A DNA stretch of 53,339 nucleotides from a virus (lineage: Duplodnaviria; Caudoviricetes). The notes below the pieces were generated by a model that was not told where the DNA came from, did not search any database, and worked only from the letters and a program-made list of their open reading frames with translations. Location of the stretch: positions 1-53,339 of the IMG/VR virus record IMGVR_UViG_3300022921_000024; one strand, 5' to 3'. Every line of letters starts with the position of its first letter. The stretch's first letter is position 1. Of the stretch, positions 28,160-36,428 are shown in pieces. Both the position numbers and the translations under genes were made by a program.

Positions 28160-28384
28160 TTATCTTGTACCTTTTCCGTCAGTAGTTGCTTTTTTTGCAA
28201 CAACTGAAGAATAATCTCCGTCGCTTCCGACGAATTCCCAAACATTTAAGTTAATCTGCTCACCGGTAGACAAATCAAACTCTCGCTTGATTGTGTCTCC
28301 GGTCTCTTGGTCGTAGTCAACATACGTTCGGGTGCGGCCGTACTTCTTAAGTTCGCCCGTTTCTTTGTTTCTAAAATAAGGCAT
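28160..28384 (-). CDS. Hypothetical protein (74 aa)
   Basis: Coupled to the upstream gene (TAATG). Confidence 0.6.
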   Translation of the reverse strand: MPYFRNKETGELKKYGRTRTYVDYDQETGDTIKREFDLSTGEQINLNVWEFVGSDGDYSSVVAKKATTDGKGTR

Positions 28385-28815
28385 TATATAAACTTTTCAT
28401 AAAACCTAGATGCTTGTTCCCAAGGGAGAAAGCCAACACGCTTAGAAACTCTTTTTCCGCCCATAGAGCCAACTTGCGTATGGGCATTACACGTTAAGTG
28501 TTTCCATTTTGGCTCAGGGCATTTGTTTAGGTTGAAAATCCAAACATCTCCTTCGTGCTCGTTCACATATAGTGGCTTGTATCCAAGCTTGTCGGCGCTT
28601 TCTTTAAGCGCCTTCCACTTATTGTGCTCAATGAGAAAGTCTCCATACTCCCTTTTATACTTATCGTCGCGACACTTTAACTCAACAATTAGCCCATTGA
28701 TATCGTCAACGCAGTCCCACTTACTGAATTGGTCTTCTGTTTTATTTAGATTTGGTAGAATCTTTTTTTTCAGTGTCTCGTACAGGATGCGTTCGTTATC
28801 ATTTATATGAGGCAT
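28384..28815 (-). CDS. PD-(D/E)XK nuclease-like protein
   Basis: WDCVD...IVELKCR...LIEHNKW...LYVN restriction-endonuclease-fold pattern. Confidence 0.7.
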   Translation of the reverse strand: MPHINDNERILYETLKKKILPNLNKTEDQFSKWDCVDDINGLIVELKCRDDKYKREYGDFLIEHNKWKALKESADKLGYKPLYVNEHEGDVWIFNLNKCPEPKWKHLTCNAHTQVGSMGGKRVSKRVGFLPWEQASRFYEKFI

Positions 28816-29015
28816 TATTCCTTGTTATACTTCTCAAGCAATATGCTAAGAATTTTATAAGAAGCAAGACCCGCCATAAATGCAATTTCCCTTTGAGCGG
28901 ATTTATCTAATACCGTTGCTAGAATAAAAAAGCATCCAGCAAATATAATCATCATTTCAAAAGCAGTAAATTGCCTAGCTGTAATTCCTTTAATCTTCTT
29001 TAGAAACTGTTTCAT
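28815..29015 (-). CDS. Small two-TM membrane protein
   Basis: Two hydrophobic segments. Coupled ORF. Confidence 0.6.
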   Translation of the reverse strand: MKQFLKKIKGITARQFTAFEMMIIFAGCFFILATVLDKSAQREIAFMAGLASYKILSILLEKYNKE

Positions 29016-29108
29016 AGTTTAGTGTTTTGCAGTTAAAATAATTAGTAAAATCATCTTTTTTTACTGTTGCCGTTTGAACCCATTTTGGTTCGTCATCGTG
29101 GGTAATTG

Positions 29109-29354
29109 TCATTTCTCGTTGGTGTTAAAGGTTTGCGCCTACTTTTATATGTGTGCGCTTATAATTTGATGGATAAGCCCATCTTTATATGCTTAAACAT
29201 ACCTTAATGGTGTAAATAAGCACCATTCAATCGGCTTATTTTACACTTTGAGTGCTTTTCATTTTACACTTTGTCACACTATACCCTTACTTTGTACACT
29301 GCGTTGTAAGGTTATGCCCTTACTTTTTTCATTTCTCTTTGGTGTTAAAGGTTT
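29109..29354 (-). repeat. 26-bp direct repeat with one mismatch (29109-29134 and 29329-29354)
   Basis: Minus strand reads AAACCTTTAACACCAA(C/A)GAGAAATGA, i.e. TFNT(N/K)EK-stop with an overlapping ATG. Confidence 0.85.
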
Positions 29355-29498
29355 CTATTAAAGACACAAAACACTATCGTTCTGTATCATTATTGCATAT
29401 CGCGATTCGCGAATTAAAAATCTTGTCGCTTGACATTTGACTGAGTGGTGGAGACGGCTTCTATCATCCATTAAATCCACCGCCTCCCAACAACCAAC

Positions 29499-29726
29499 TC
29501 ATAGCCAATAGATGTGCTTCCAGTACTTCTCTACTTTAGTCTTGCGAACTCCGTCACTACACCCTATAGCCTTTCGCTTTCTTCTGTAGTCAACGTAGCA
29601 GTCTTTACACTTACCCTTGTAGTACGCGAACACACCGTTCTTTGTCTGTGGCGTGAAGCGGTCTACAGGTTTGTTTTGGTGGCAGGTGTTGCACACCTTG
29701 TACTCAATAGATTCCATCAATGTCAT
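29499..29726 (-). CDS. Zn-finger protein (CxxC...CxxC)
   Basis: KVCNTCHQNKPVDRF...GKCKDC. Confidence 0.7.
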   Translation of the reverse strand: MTLMESIEYKVCNTCHQNKPVDRFTPQTKNGVFAYYKGKCKDCYVDYRRKRKAIGCSDGVRKTKVEKYWKHIYWL

Positions 29727-29856
29727 CTTTATCTAAGATTGGTTTACGGTCTAGCCAAGTGCGGTACATACGTGCCGCTACAGCAATGCGCTGTGGGTAG
29801 AATGGGTAGCTCTTACGCAACCGAGCAAGGGCTATCCTGATAAACTGGTCTCTCAT
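29704..29856 (-). CDS. Small basic protein (50 aa, MRDQFIRIALARLRKSYPFYPQR...)
   Basis: Read manually. TGATG coupling with the helicase stop. Confidence 0.6.
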   Translation of the reverse strand: MRDQFIRIALARLRKSYPFYPQRIAVAARMYRTWLDRKPILDKDDIDGIY

Positions 29857-30815
29857 CAGAATTCAATGTTTTTTTGTTCCATCACCTTGGGTTCGGTATG
29901 CTTTGGGTGACTATAGGTCCGCGTACCAAACTCATCCATCACATAGTACCTGTTGCTCAGTCTATCGTAATACATATACAATGAGCCAACATTACCAACA
30001 GCCTTCGGCTTTGCTTTTACAACACTAATCTTTACCTGATTAGGTTCGTATGGAATACCGTTCTCGTCTTCCAGTCCATATGGGCAACGCCATACGTTTA
30101 TCACCATCATACCCTTGCGTGACCACTGCATACCTCCGGCAATATCGTTCATCGTCGGTACGTCAACATAAGGGATGCCGTTCTTGTACTTCGCCTGTTG
30201 ATGTTTGGTGTGTACGGTAACGATGGTATGGTAATCCTTATCGCTAGAATGTTTACGCACTCGCGTTAATATGTTTCCAATGGCGATATCGTCCCGTACT
30301 CCGGCGTTTATATCTGTCTTTATCTCCGTGAATGGGTCTACCAGACAACCGTCTATCTTAATTCCTCTGTTCTCTATCTGCTCTACGGCAGTATAGAATC
30401 CTTCAATGCTCAGGTCCTTAAGCCCTGAATCAATAACGAAGAAGTGCTCTCTGAGGAACTCTAAGGCATTCTGCGCCTCAACATCTGTAGCGTTAACCTT
30501 ATCATTGAGTAGGTATGGCTTACGAAGGTAGCACCACGCTAACTCGGCATAAACCTCAGCAGGACTTCCTGTCTCTGGAGTGTATACTGCCCACTTCCAT
30601 CCCTCAAACTGGGATAGGTTCATCATAAGTTCAAAGGCGAACTGAGATTTACCTTGGTGTGCTCCTGCGTAGATGTATGTGGTGGAGCCTCTCTTGATGG
30701 AGTACTTTTCAAACAGGGCATCAAAGCCTGTCCATTCGCCCTTCTTTACGCCTGTATGGCGCATATTTTTAAGTTGGGACTCCAACCTATCCAGTGTATA
30801 AATAAATTCCTGCAT
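29856..30815 (-). CDS. SF4 (DnaB/Twinkle-like) replicative helicase domain
   Basis: Walker A-like YAGAHQGKS, catalytic E in YTPE, Walker B LVDPF, VTVHTK, DIAGGMQW, and KAK (Arg-finger region). Confidence 0.85.
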   Translation of the reverse strand: MQEFIYTLDRLESQLKNMRHTGVKKGEWTGFDALFEKYSIKRGSTTYIYAGAHQGKSQFAFELMMNLSQFEGWKWAVYTPETGSPAEVYAELAWCYLRKPYLLNDKVNATDVEAQNALEFLREHFFVIDSGLKDLSIEGFYTAVEQIENRGIKIDGCLVDPFTEIKTDINAGVRDDIAIGNILTRVRKHSSDKDYHTIVTVHTKHQQAKYKNGIPYVDVPTMNDIAGGMQWSRKGMMVINVWRCPYGLEDENGIPYEPNQVKISVVKAKPKAVGNVGSLYMYYDRLSNRYYVMDEFGTRTYSHPKHTEPKVMEQKNIEF

Positions 30816-30835
30816 TTCATTTTGGTTTAAGAGTT

Positions 30836-31081
30836 TTATGTTGCTTGGCCAACCACCTTTGATTCGTACACCTTCATCACTTCTAGACGGACAATCTTCT
30901 TACCCTTAAGCCCTAGCTGCTGTATAGCAAAGGCGTAGTTTACATTGTCCTTTGTGATGTCTTCGGGGGATGTGTAGCGAGAGATTGCGTACCCATTTTT
31001 ATAGTGGTTTATCAATGCGCTTCCGCGCTTTGTGGACCACCGGTACTGAACCTCGTGATGGTAGATGTTCTTGTCTTCCAA
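30836..31081 (-). CDS. Hypothetical protein (81 aa)
   Basis: ORF in the replication operon. Confidence 0.55.
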   Translation of the reverse strand: MEDKNIYHHEVQYRWSTKRGSALINHYKNGYAISRYTSPEDITKDNVNYAFAIQQLGLKGKKIVRLEVMKVYESKVVGQAT

Positions 31082-31143
31082 TTTAAAAAGTGGGGGTTTC
31101 GTGGAATGGTCCTACGCAAACCACTACTCCCCCCTATTTTTAA

Positions 31144-31383
31144 TTAGAACAAGTCATCGTTCGTAGCGTTGGCAGGCTGTGCCTGAGGCGTGTACTGTTG
31201 TGGTACTTCGCCATACCATTCGCCTTCTTTGTTCTTCTTGATGTCAAAGACCATCCAGCCGTTTTGGTTGGTTTCTCCTTTCATCATTTCAAAATCACGG
31301 GGACCCATAGATACCTTGATGATTTCTCCGTACTTGGTAGGAGTTGTCTTGAACTTGCCTACGTATTTGCGCTTGTTTTCCAT
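31144..31383 (-). CDS. Putative single-stranded DNA-binding protein
   Basis: Small beta-rich core, P/Q linker and acidic-aromatic tail NDDLF. Confidence 0.6.
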   Translation of the reverse strand: MENKRKYVGKFKTTPTKYGEIIKVSMGPRDFEMMKGETNQNGWMVFDIKKNKEGEWYGEVPQQYTPQAQPANATNDDLF

Positions 31384-31384
31384 T

Positions 31385-31819
31385 TTAGTCGTTTGTTAAA
31401 AGTTGCTTAATGTGGTTCAGCTGGTCTTTAATTTTCTCAACTGTAACCTTTAGAATCTTGACCTCCTTGTGAAGGTCTTCATACGTAACTCCTACGTTTT
31501 CCAGAGAGTTTGTAACTCTATTGTATAACGCTGAGTATCTTTTGTCTGCCATCCTATTGTCGTGAGACATTACATAGGTATGCGATACCTTTAGGTCAAC
31601 GCCTAGGATATCTGAGATTGATTGGTACGTGTAGCCATTTTCACGTAGAATCACAGAGACGAGGCTTCGCACGTTTAAAACCTCTTTCTTTCTAGAGCCT
31701 CCTAGGAGTTCGTCTATGTGGACCATACCTGCTTCGCAGGATAGTTCAATGACGGACCTAGACAGCTCATCAAAGGAGCTTAATCTCTGCTGCGCGGTAG
31801 GGGTTGAATTCATTTTCAA
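31385..31819 (-). CDS. DnaA domain IV/TrpR-like HTH protein with C-terminal coiled coil
   Basis: LLGGSRKKEVLNVRSLVSVILRENGYTYQSISDILG resembles the start of Bac_DnaA_C. Confidence 0.6.
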   Translation of the reverse strand: MKMNSTPTAQQRLSSFDELSRSVIELSCEAGMVHIDELLGGSRKKEVLNVRSLVSVILRENGYTYQSISDILGVDLKVSHTYVMSHDNRMADKRYSALYNRVTNSLENVGVTYEDLHKEVKILKVTVEKIKDQLNHIKQLLTND

Positions 31820-32507
31820 GAAACAATTGTTTGTATTTAGATATAGCCTCTTGAGCCTTTATGGCCCCTTGGACTATGAACTGAGACGAGCACTCGTAGA
31901 TTCCAATGTCGTATGGGAACGACTTTGTGATGACTACGAAGTAGAACTTCTCAACTCCAAACAGATGGCAGTAAACTGCTGCCTGTTGGTCATAGCCCAT
32001 ATACTTAGCAGAGCGACTAAACTCGGACAACTCACCACCTGTGGTCTTTACGTCTACGAGATAGGCTGGAGCGAAGTCCCTCTCAACAACAAGGTCTGCC
32101 TTGCCTTTGATAGGTATTCCATCCCACTCCCCAATAGCCGGAACTTCTGGGGTGCTATCCGTGTACATAAGGTCACAGGCTTCAGGACACTTCCTTAGAG
32201 CCTCGTTCATCTTGTAAAGGGTATCTGCATCTTTCTGTGTGAGAATAATCTTCTCTGAGTTTTCTTCACAGAACGCGGTATAATCTTTACCTCTACGTGT
32301 TCCTTCAAATCCAACGAAGACTTCCTTGTCCTCCAGTGCAAGGGCGTGGAACGCCTTGCCCATCTCTAGAGCGTTGGAAGAAGAGTCCAAACCCTTCTTA
32401 TTCAACCACATATAGAAAAGCGATGGCGACTTATGTAACAACTTCAATGAAGAGTTAGTTAGGTACTCCCGGTCGGCGTAGTATTCTTCGTCAGATTCAA
32501 ACATCAC
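31770..32507 (-). CDS. RecE/DUF3799-like PD-(D/E)XK exonuclease
   Basis: YYA...LTNSSLK, GKAFHALALE, KGKADL...VDVKTT, YDQQAAVY. Confidence 0.85.
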   Translation of the reverse strand: MMFESDEEYYADREYLTNSSLKLLHKSPSLFYMWLNKKGLDSSSNALEMGKAFHALALEDKEVFVGFEGTRRGKDYTAFCEENSEKIILTQKDADTLYKMNEALRKCPEACDLMYTDSTPEVPAIGEWDGIPIKGKADLVVERDFAPAYLVDVKTTGGELSEFSRSAKYMGYDQQAAVYCHLFGVEKFYFVVITKSFPYDIGIYECSSQFIVQGAIKAQEAISKYKQLFLENEFNPYRAAEIKLL

Positions 32508-33007
32508 AAGCCTAGTTCAGCGATTTGTTCTTTGCTTGCTTCGTACTTCTTTAAGGCTTCACGAACCTTGTCCTCCTTGCCCTCGGATAGCGCGACCTTC
32601 ATCTTATCCATCACCTCCGTAGTGAGAGGTTGTTTGGATGTGGTGAGGTTTTGCTTTCCAATGGCCACTTGAACTTCTTGCGCTGAGGCGATAGATGTCT
32701 CAATGCCGATTCCAAGGTTGGCTAGTGCGCGACCCCAGGCAGAGGTCTCAGCGTTCTCCACATACGAGGTCTTATTGACCATTGATGAGGAGCGGTCTTC
32801 CTGTGCTAGTCCCATCGCCACCACAGCACCTTCGGTGTTGCGGATTGATGCACGAACTACGCAGGAGTTCTCGTCTAACGAGAGGAGTTCTGTTTCAAGC
32901 GCCCAGCCGTCGTACCGGGGTTCAGTACGGAAGTACTTGATTCGCTCGTTGACTTCCACATACTGCTTACCGCGGATGTTGGTTGTCTTGAATTGATAGT
33001 TTGCCAT
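32504..33007 (-). CDS. Single-strand annealing protein candidate (Rad52/Sak-like)
   Basis: GKQYVEVNERI...SYVENAETSAWGRALANLGIG. Adjacent to the exonuclease. -7 element at 33036-33043 on the minus strand. Confidence 0.65.
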   Translation of the reverse strand: MANYQFKTTNIRGKQYVEVNERIKYFRTEPRYDGWALETELLSLDENSCVVRASIRNTEGAVVAMGLAQEDRSSSMVNKTSYVENAETSAWGRALANLGIGIETSIASAQEVQVAIGKQNLTTSKQPLTTEVMDKMKVALSEGKEDKVREALKKYEASKEQIAELGL

Positions 33008-33052
33008 TAGTTGATTGTTTTGGTTAAACTTAAGTCAAATATAATACAAAAT

Positions 33053-33517
33053 TTATATCCCGCAATAACGATTCTGTATTTTTTCAATGATTCCATTAGC
33101 CAGTATCTCTGACTGAACGTGGTCCAAGTCATTTAACTCTATAAAATCTTGGATTTTATCTAGTATGTTAATCTGAAGGGACTCTCTGTTGTCAGTGTTT
33201 ATACCTAGCATCACTTCACAGTAATCTATGATTGACTTGGTGTTTTCATACGCCTTGTGTATGTTGCCCTGAGAACCTTCAAGAAGGCTCTTTCCTCTTC
33301 TACAAGCGTGGATTATCGTTGAGTGATTCTTCTTCATAGCATTGGCTATCGTCTGATACGACATACCGTAATAGTTTCTAAAGAGTAGCGATACGCAGCT
33401 TCTGTAGTCCACATAGGCGGCGTACCTATGTTCAGCTGTTATATCAATTCCAACTCTGGACTGGAGTTCATCTAAAGTTCGTCTAAGTAGGAGTGATGCT
33501 TCTGCTTGTTCAATCAT
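33053..33517 (-). CDS. DnaA domain IV-like HTH protein
   Basis: MSYQTIANAMKKNHSTIIHACRR matches the DnaA C-terminal signature (S...IG......DHSTV.HA). Confidence 0.75.
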   Translation of the reverse strand: MIEQAEASLLLRRTLDELQSRVGIDITAEHRYAAYVDYRSCVSLLFRNYYGMSYQTIANAMKKNHSTIIHACRRGKSLLEGSQGNIHKAYENTKSIIDYCEVMLGINTDNRESLQINILDKIQDFIELNDLDHVQSEILANGIIEKIQNRYCGI

Positions 33518-33587
33518 AATTTCTGGGGTTTTTTAGGTTAGTCGCGGTACGGTGTCCGGTTTGTCCACCGAACGAACACTTCAAAAG

Positions 33588-33710
33588 TGAACACATATAT
33601 AGGGTTGCCCCTTTCACTATATAGGGTAAGAAAACCCCTAAAGGGTTTTCTATACTATATAGAGTATATACTATATAGAGTATATATACTATATAGGGCA
33701 TACTATATAG
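33588..33710. repeat. Left CTATATAG array (5 copies), hairpin and 13-bp terminal repeat
   Basis: TGAACACATATAT at 33588-33600. CTATATAG at 33617, 33655, 33671, 33689 and 33703. Hairpin AGAAAACCC-CTAAA-GGGTTTTCT at 33629-33651. Confidence 0.9.
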
Positions 33711-34101
33711 GGAGGTAGAACTTAAGTCCTTCAAGAGCTTCGTCAAGTCGCAACTTGAGCCTCTCGTTCTCCTCTTGCAATTCTAGGCACTGGCCTCTGG
33801 CTAGTGTTAGGTGTTTGGAGAGTTCAGCATTTTGCTGAACTAAATCGCTGTTCTTTGCAATCACATCCCTATGTTTCGCTCTTGCCTCATCTATCTTCCC
33901 AGATATAGAGGCTATGTCATCCAAACGAAACTTGTACTTGTAGGTGAATTCGGAGAGGCCAAGGTAGGCCTTCTCCAAATCTCCACGTAGAGGGCTGTTT
34001 TCTTTCGTTAGAGAGCGTAACACCCCTGCTAGAGTATCCAAGTATGCGTGAGCGACATTAAGGTCGTTAAACGCAAGGATTTCATATTCGTCCTTAACCA
34101 T
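33703..34101 (-). CDS. Coiled-coil hypothetical protein (probable start MVKDEY at 34101)
   Basis: Long heptad C-terminus. The stop falls inside the repeat array. Confidence 0.65.
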   Translation of the reverse strand: MVKDEYEILAFNDLNVAHAYLDTLAGVLRSLTKENSPLRGDLEKAYLGLSEFTYKYKFRLDDIASISGKIDEARAKHRDVIAKNSDLVQQNAELSKHLTLARGQCLELQEENERLKLRLDEALEGLKFYLPI

Positions 34102-34351
34102 TGAACGAATAGGTCTCGCGGTCAAACACTACCTCCTTAATTGATTCCGGACGTACACTGCGGTATCCATCCTGCATATCAAAGAAGTTCCAGTTCTCGT
34201 TCTTCAGTGTGCTTACGCCACCCTTAACGAACTTGTGTACGCCAAAGCGCCCACGAAGGAAACGCTCCTCACCATCTTTCTTGATGAACCGTACAGAGAA
34301 GAACTGTCCGCTCTTCTGGATTTCTGATTTGAGTTGATTCAGGTTTTTCAT
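34094..34351 (-). CDS. WYL_2/SH3-like beta-barrel protein
   Basis: FFSVRFIKKDGEER...FFDMQDGYRSV pattern. Confidence 0.7.
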   Translation of the reverse strand: MKNLNQLKSEIQKSGQFFSVRFIKKDGEERFLRGRFGVHKFVKGGVSTLKNENWNFFDMQDGYRSVRPESIKEVVFDRETYSFNG

Positions 34352-34429
34352 AGTTCAGTTGTTTTTTGTTTTTGCTAAGTTACAATCGGTTGGTAATCAG
34401 TTCAATCACCATTTTAGGTCAATAAATAT

Positions 34430-34555
34430 TTAAATTGTTTCATCCTGTAGGTCCAGCTGACCAAGGCAATGGTTTAGCTGCTGATTGAGGAACTCGTTCC
34501 GCTGTTCAAGTGATTCAATTCTGTATTGTAAATACTTAATTAAGTTGGCATCCAT
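34430..34555 (-). CDS. Small coiled-coil protein (41 aa, MDANLIKYLQYRIESLEQRNE...)
   Basis: Read manually. Has its own promoter-like leader. Confidence 0.6.
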   Translation of the reverse strand: MDANLIKYLQYRIESLEQRNEFLNQQLNHCLGQLDLQDETI

Positions 34556-34919
34556 AGTTTCTAGTTTTTAAGTTGTTTTTGTTTCTTCTAAATTACAAAG
34601 GCCTGATAACCAAAGCGTAACCATTTTTAGTCAAGATATCTCAAAAATTATTCATTTTCCAAATCACAGAAAAAATATTTCAAAAATCAAAAGTCCAGGA
34701 TTTTTTTCCCTATTCGCGTTAAGCGCTCAAAAGCTTGTAGGCATATGCGCCCGGAGTGTGCAGGAAACAATGACACGTAGCGCCCGCGCTAGGCGTTTTA
34801 TGCTCTTGATGTACCATCCGCCACGTGCACGCGTGCAGGTGCGCACACGGGTACATATAGGGCAGAAATTGACCCGGGGAAATTCCCGGGCCTTTTTCTC
34901 TGTTTTTTTGGGTCATTTT

Positions 34920-35114
34920 TTAGATGAAATTTAAACCCATAACGTAGGAACGGACCCGGTCCAGACTGCCGTCAATTCGCCATACTTTGGCCCAGTTTTG
35001 AAACCCGTTTTCCCGCGTCATATATTCGGCTCGCCAGTGGTCCTGGGCTAACTGAATCAGGACCAATTTTTTGAGCGTATTCGGGGCCTCTTTATATCTT
35101 GATAAATTAGGCAT
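34920..35114 (-). CDS. Hypothetical protein (64 aa)
   Basis: Overlaps the stop of the Gp88-like gene. Confidence 0.55.
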   Translation of the reverse strand: MPNLSRYKEAPNTLKKLVLIQLAQDHWRAEYMTRENGFQNWAKVWRIDGSLDRVRSYVMGLNFI

Positions 35115-35886
35115 ATTTTAAGACGTTTTTAGGGGTTAAAACTGACGAAACAGCGGCCCGCGTTTCACTGATTACGAAGCCCGACCCATCGCGCTTTGCA
35201 TCACCTTTGGCCCGTAGACCTAGGACCACGCCCGAAAAATTCAGCATCTCAATGTCGGAAGCGTCCCCGTCTACCACCCGGAACCCGTGCCAATATTTCG
35301 GCAATTCCTTACCTGCGAAAACGGCGGCAACGTTTACGCCAATTTTTAGCAATTGGAGCGCTTGCGCTTCGTTATCCTCAGAACGTGAAAAGGTGACACA
35401 ATACCGGTGCCCTTGTGAGGTGACCCGGTCCCCTGCTTTTTGTGCGATTTTGGTATAATCGTAAAAAACCACATTTGGCGCTATTTCGTGCCGGTCTGTT
35501 AACATTTCCACTAGTTTGAGGTCGCTCGTCCCGTTCAAACGTATGGCAATGTTTTGCCCGGTTTTTTTGGCCTCTTTTTTGGCTGCCTTGTTTATTTCCT
35601 GCGCTAATTGCAAAAGGAAGCCGGCCCGGTCCCGTAGTAGGTATTCAGTCCTGTTAATTCTGGCCTGCTGGACGTTGTTAAAACGGCCCCGGCCTGCACT
35701 GAAAAGACACGCCGCCCGGCAGCCTTCAGATGACTTTGGGCAAAGGTTACGCCCGGCGCTGTTTTGGCTCGCAGGACTCAGGTACAAAATATACGTTTGA
35801 AGGCTGTTTTTTGCTGTTTTGGCATTGGTGTCACCTGCGCTCAATAATTTGGCAGGGGTTCCGGTGGCTTTGTAGGTAGTTAGCAT
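35107..35886 (-). CDS. Gp88-like protein (radical-SAM-related, Cys triad)
   Basis: NLCPKSSEGCRAACL, RLNGTSD, FYDYTK, TFSRSE, VVDGDASD, GLRAKG. Confidence 0.8.
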   Translation of the reverse strand: MLTTYKATGTPAKLLSAGDTNAKTAKNSLQTYILYLSPASQNSAGRNLCPKSSEGCRAACLFSAGRGRFNNVQQARINRTEYLLRDRAGFLLQLAQEINKAAKKEAKKTGQNIAIRLNGTSDLKLVEMLTDRHEIAPNVVFYDYTKIAQKAGDRVTSQGHRYCVTFSRSEDNEAQALQLLKIGVNVAAVFAGKELPKYWHGFRVVDGDASDIEMLNFSGVVLGLRAKGDAKRDGSGFVISETRAAVSSVLTPKNVLKYA

Positions 35887-35914
35887 TTTTTAAGTTTTAA
35901 GGGGTTTAAAATTA

Positions 35915-36061
35915 TCAGAGAAGGAAAGACCCGACCCAGCCGAAAAAGTGTACCACAATTGAAGCGAAGGCCATAAATAAGACCCCTGCAAGGGTGAGAA
36001 CGAAGGAGCCGGCAATTATTACCGCCCCCTTCTTTATTTGTTTTTTTGCTTCTGTTTTCAT
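35915..36061 (-). CDS. Small membrane protein (48 aa, MKTEAKKQIKKGAVIIAGSFVLTLAGVLF...)
   Basis: Read manually. ATGA overlap with the upstream ORF. Confidence 0.55.
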   Translation of the reverse strand: MKTEAKKQIKKGAVIIAGSFVLTLAGVLFMAFASIVVHFFGWVGSFLL

Positions 36062-36297
36062 TGCTCAAAAAAATTAGATATAATATTTTCCTCAATTGCG
36101 GCCCGCAGGCCATCGGGTAAGCTTAATTCGTGCCCGTTTACCAATAGGCGGAACGGCTCTAAGGTATCAATGTAGGCGAATTCCCGCGTCATATGCTCGG
36201 CCCCTTCAATGCCTCGGCGCTGGGCGTACACCCCTTCTATAGATACCTGAATTCCTAGGCGCTCAGGGTCGCACCCTTCTAAATAAATCTCTTGCAT
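36058..36297 (-). CDS. Hypothetical early protein (probable start MQEIY)
   Basis: TAATG coupling with the upstream ORF. Confidence 0.55.
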   Translation of the reverse strand: MQEIYLEGCDPERLGIQVSIEGVYAQRRGIEGAEHMTREFAYIDTLEPFRLLVNGHELSLPDGLRAAIEENIISNFFEQ

Positions 36298-36428
36298 TAT
36301 TTCCAAAGGTTTAAAGGGTTAACGTTGTGGGCGCTGTTGTCCTGGGCTTGTTGTGCTTCTAATATTTGGCGAAGCGTTGGAGCCGTCAAGGGCTCTGTTG
36401 TGGCTCTCAGTATTTCTTTGAGGTTCAT
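36297..36428 (-). CDS. First early ORF (43 aa, MNLKEILRA...)
   Basis: A-rich leader and -7 element TACATTTG (36458-36465, minus strand). Confidence 0.45.
   Translation of the reverse strand: MNLKEILRATTEPLTAPTLRQILEAQQAQDNSAHNVNPLNLWK

Noticed and set aside
29329-29436. TAG read-through or alternative genetic code suggested by in-frame TAGs before TFNTKEK
   Set aside because: All large genes are intact in code 11, and TAG is a real stop elsewhere (e.g. 26955-26957). Decay is the simpler explanation.
31082-31143. Possible tRNA or structured ncRNA between the SSB-like gene and the next ORF
   Set aside because: Only an imperfect GC hairpin, with no cloverleaf, T-loop or CCA. At most a weak terminator.
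33510-33746. 78-aa minus-strand ORF (YIVYILYIVYTLYSI)
   Set aside because: It is the translation of the low-complexity repeat array and overlaps a better ORF.
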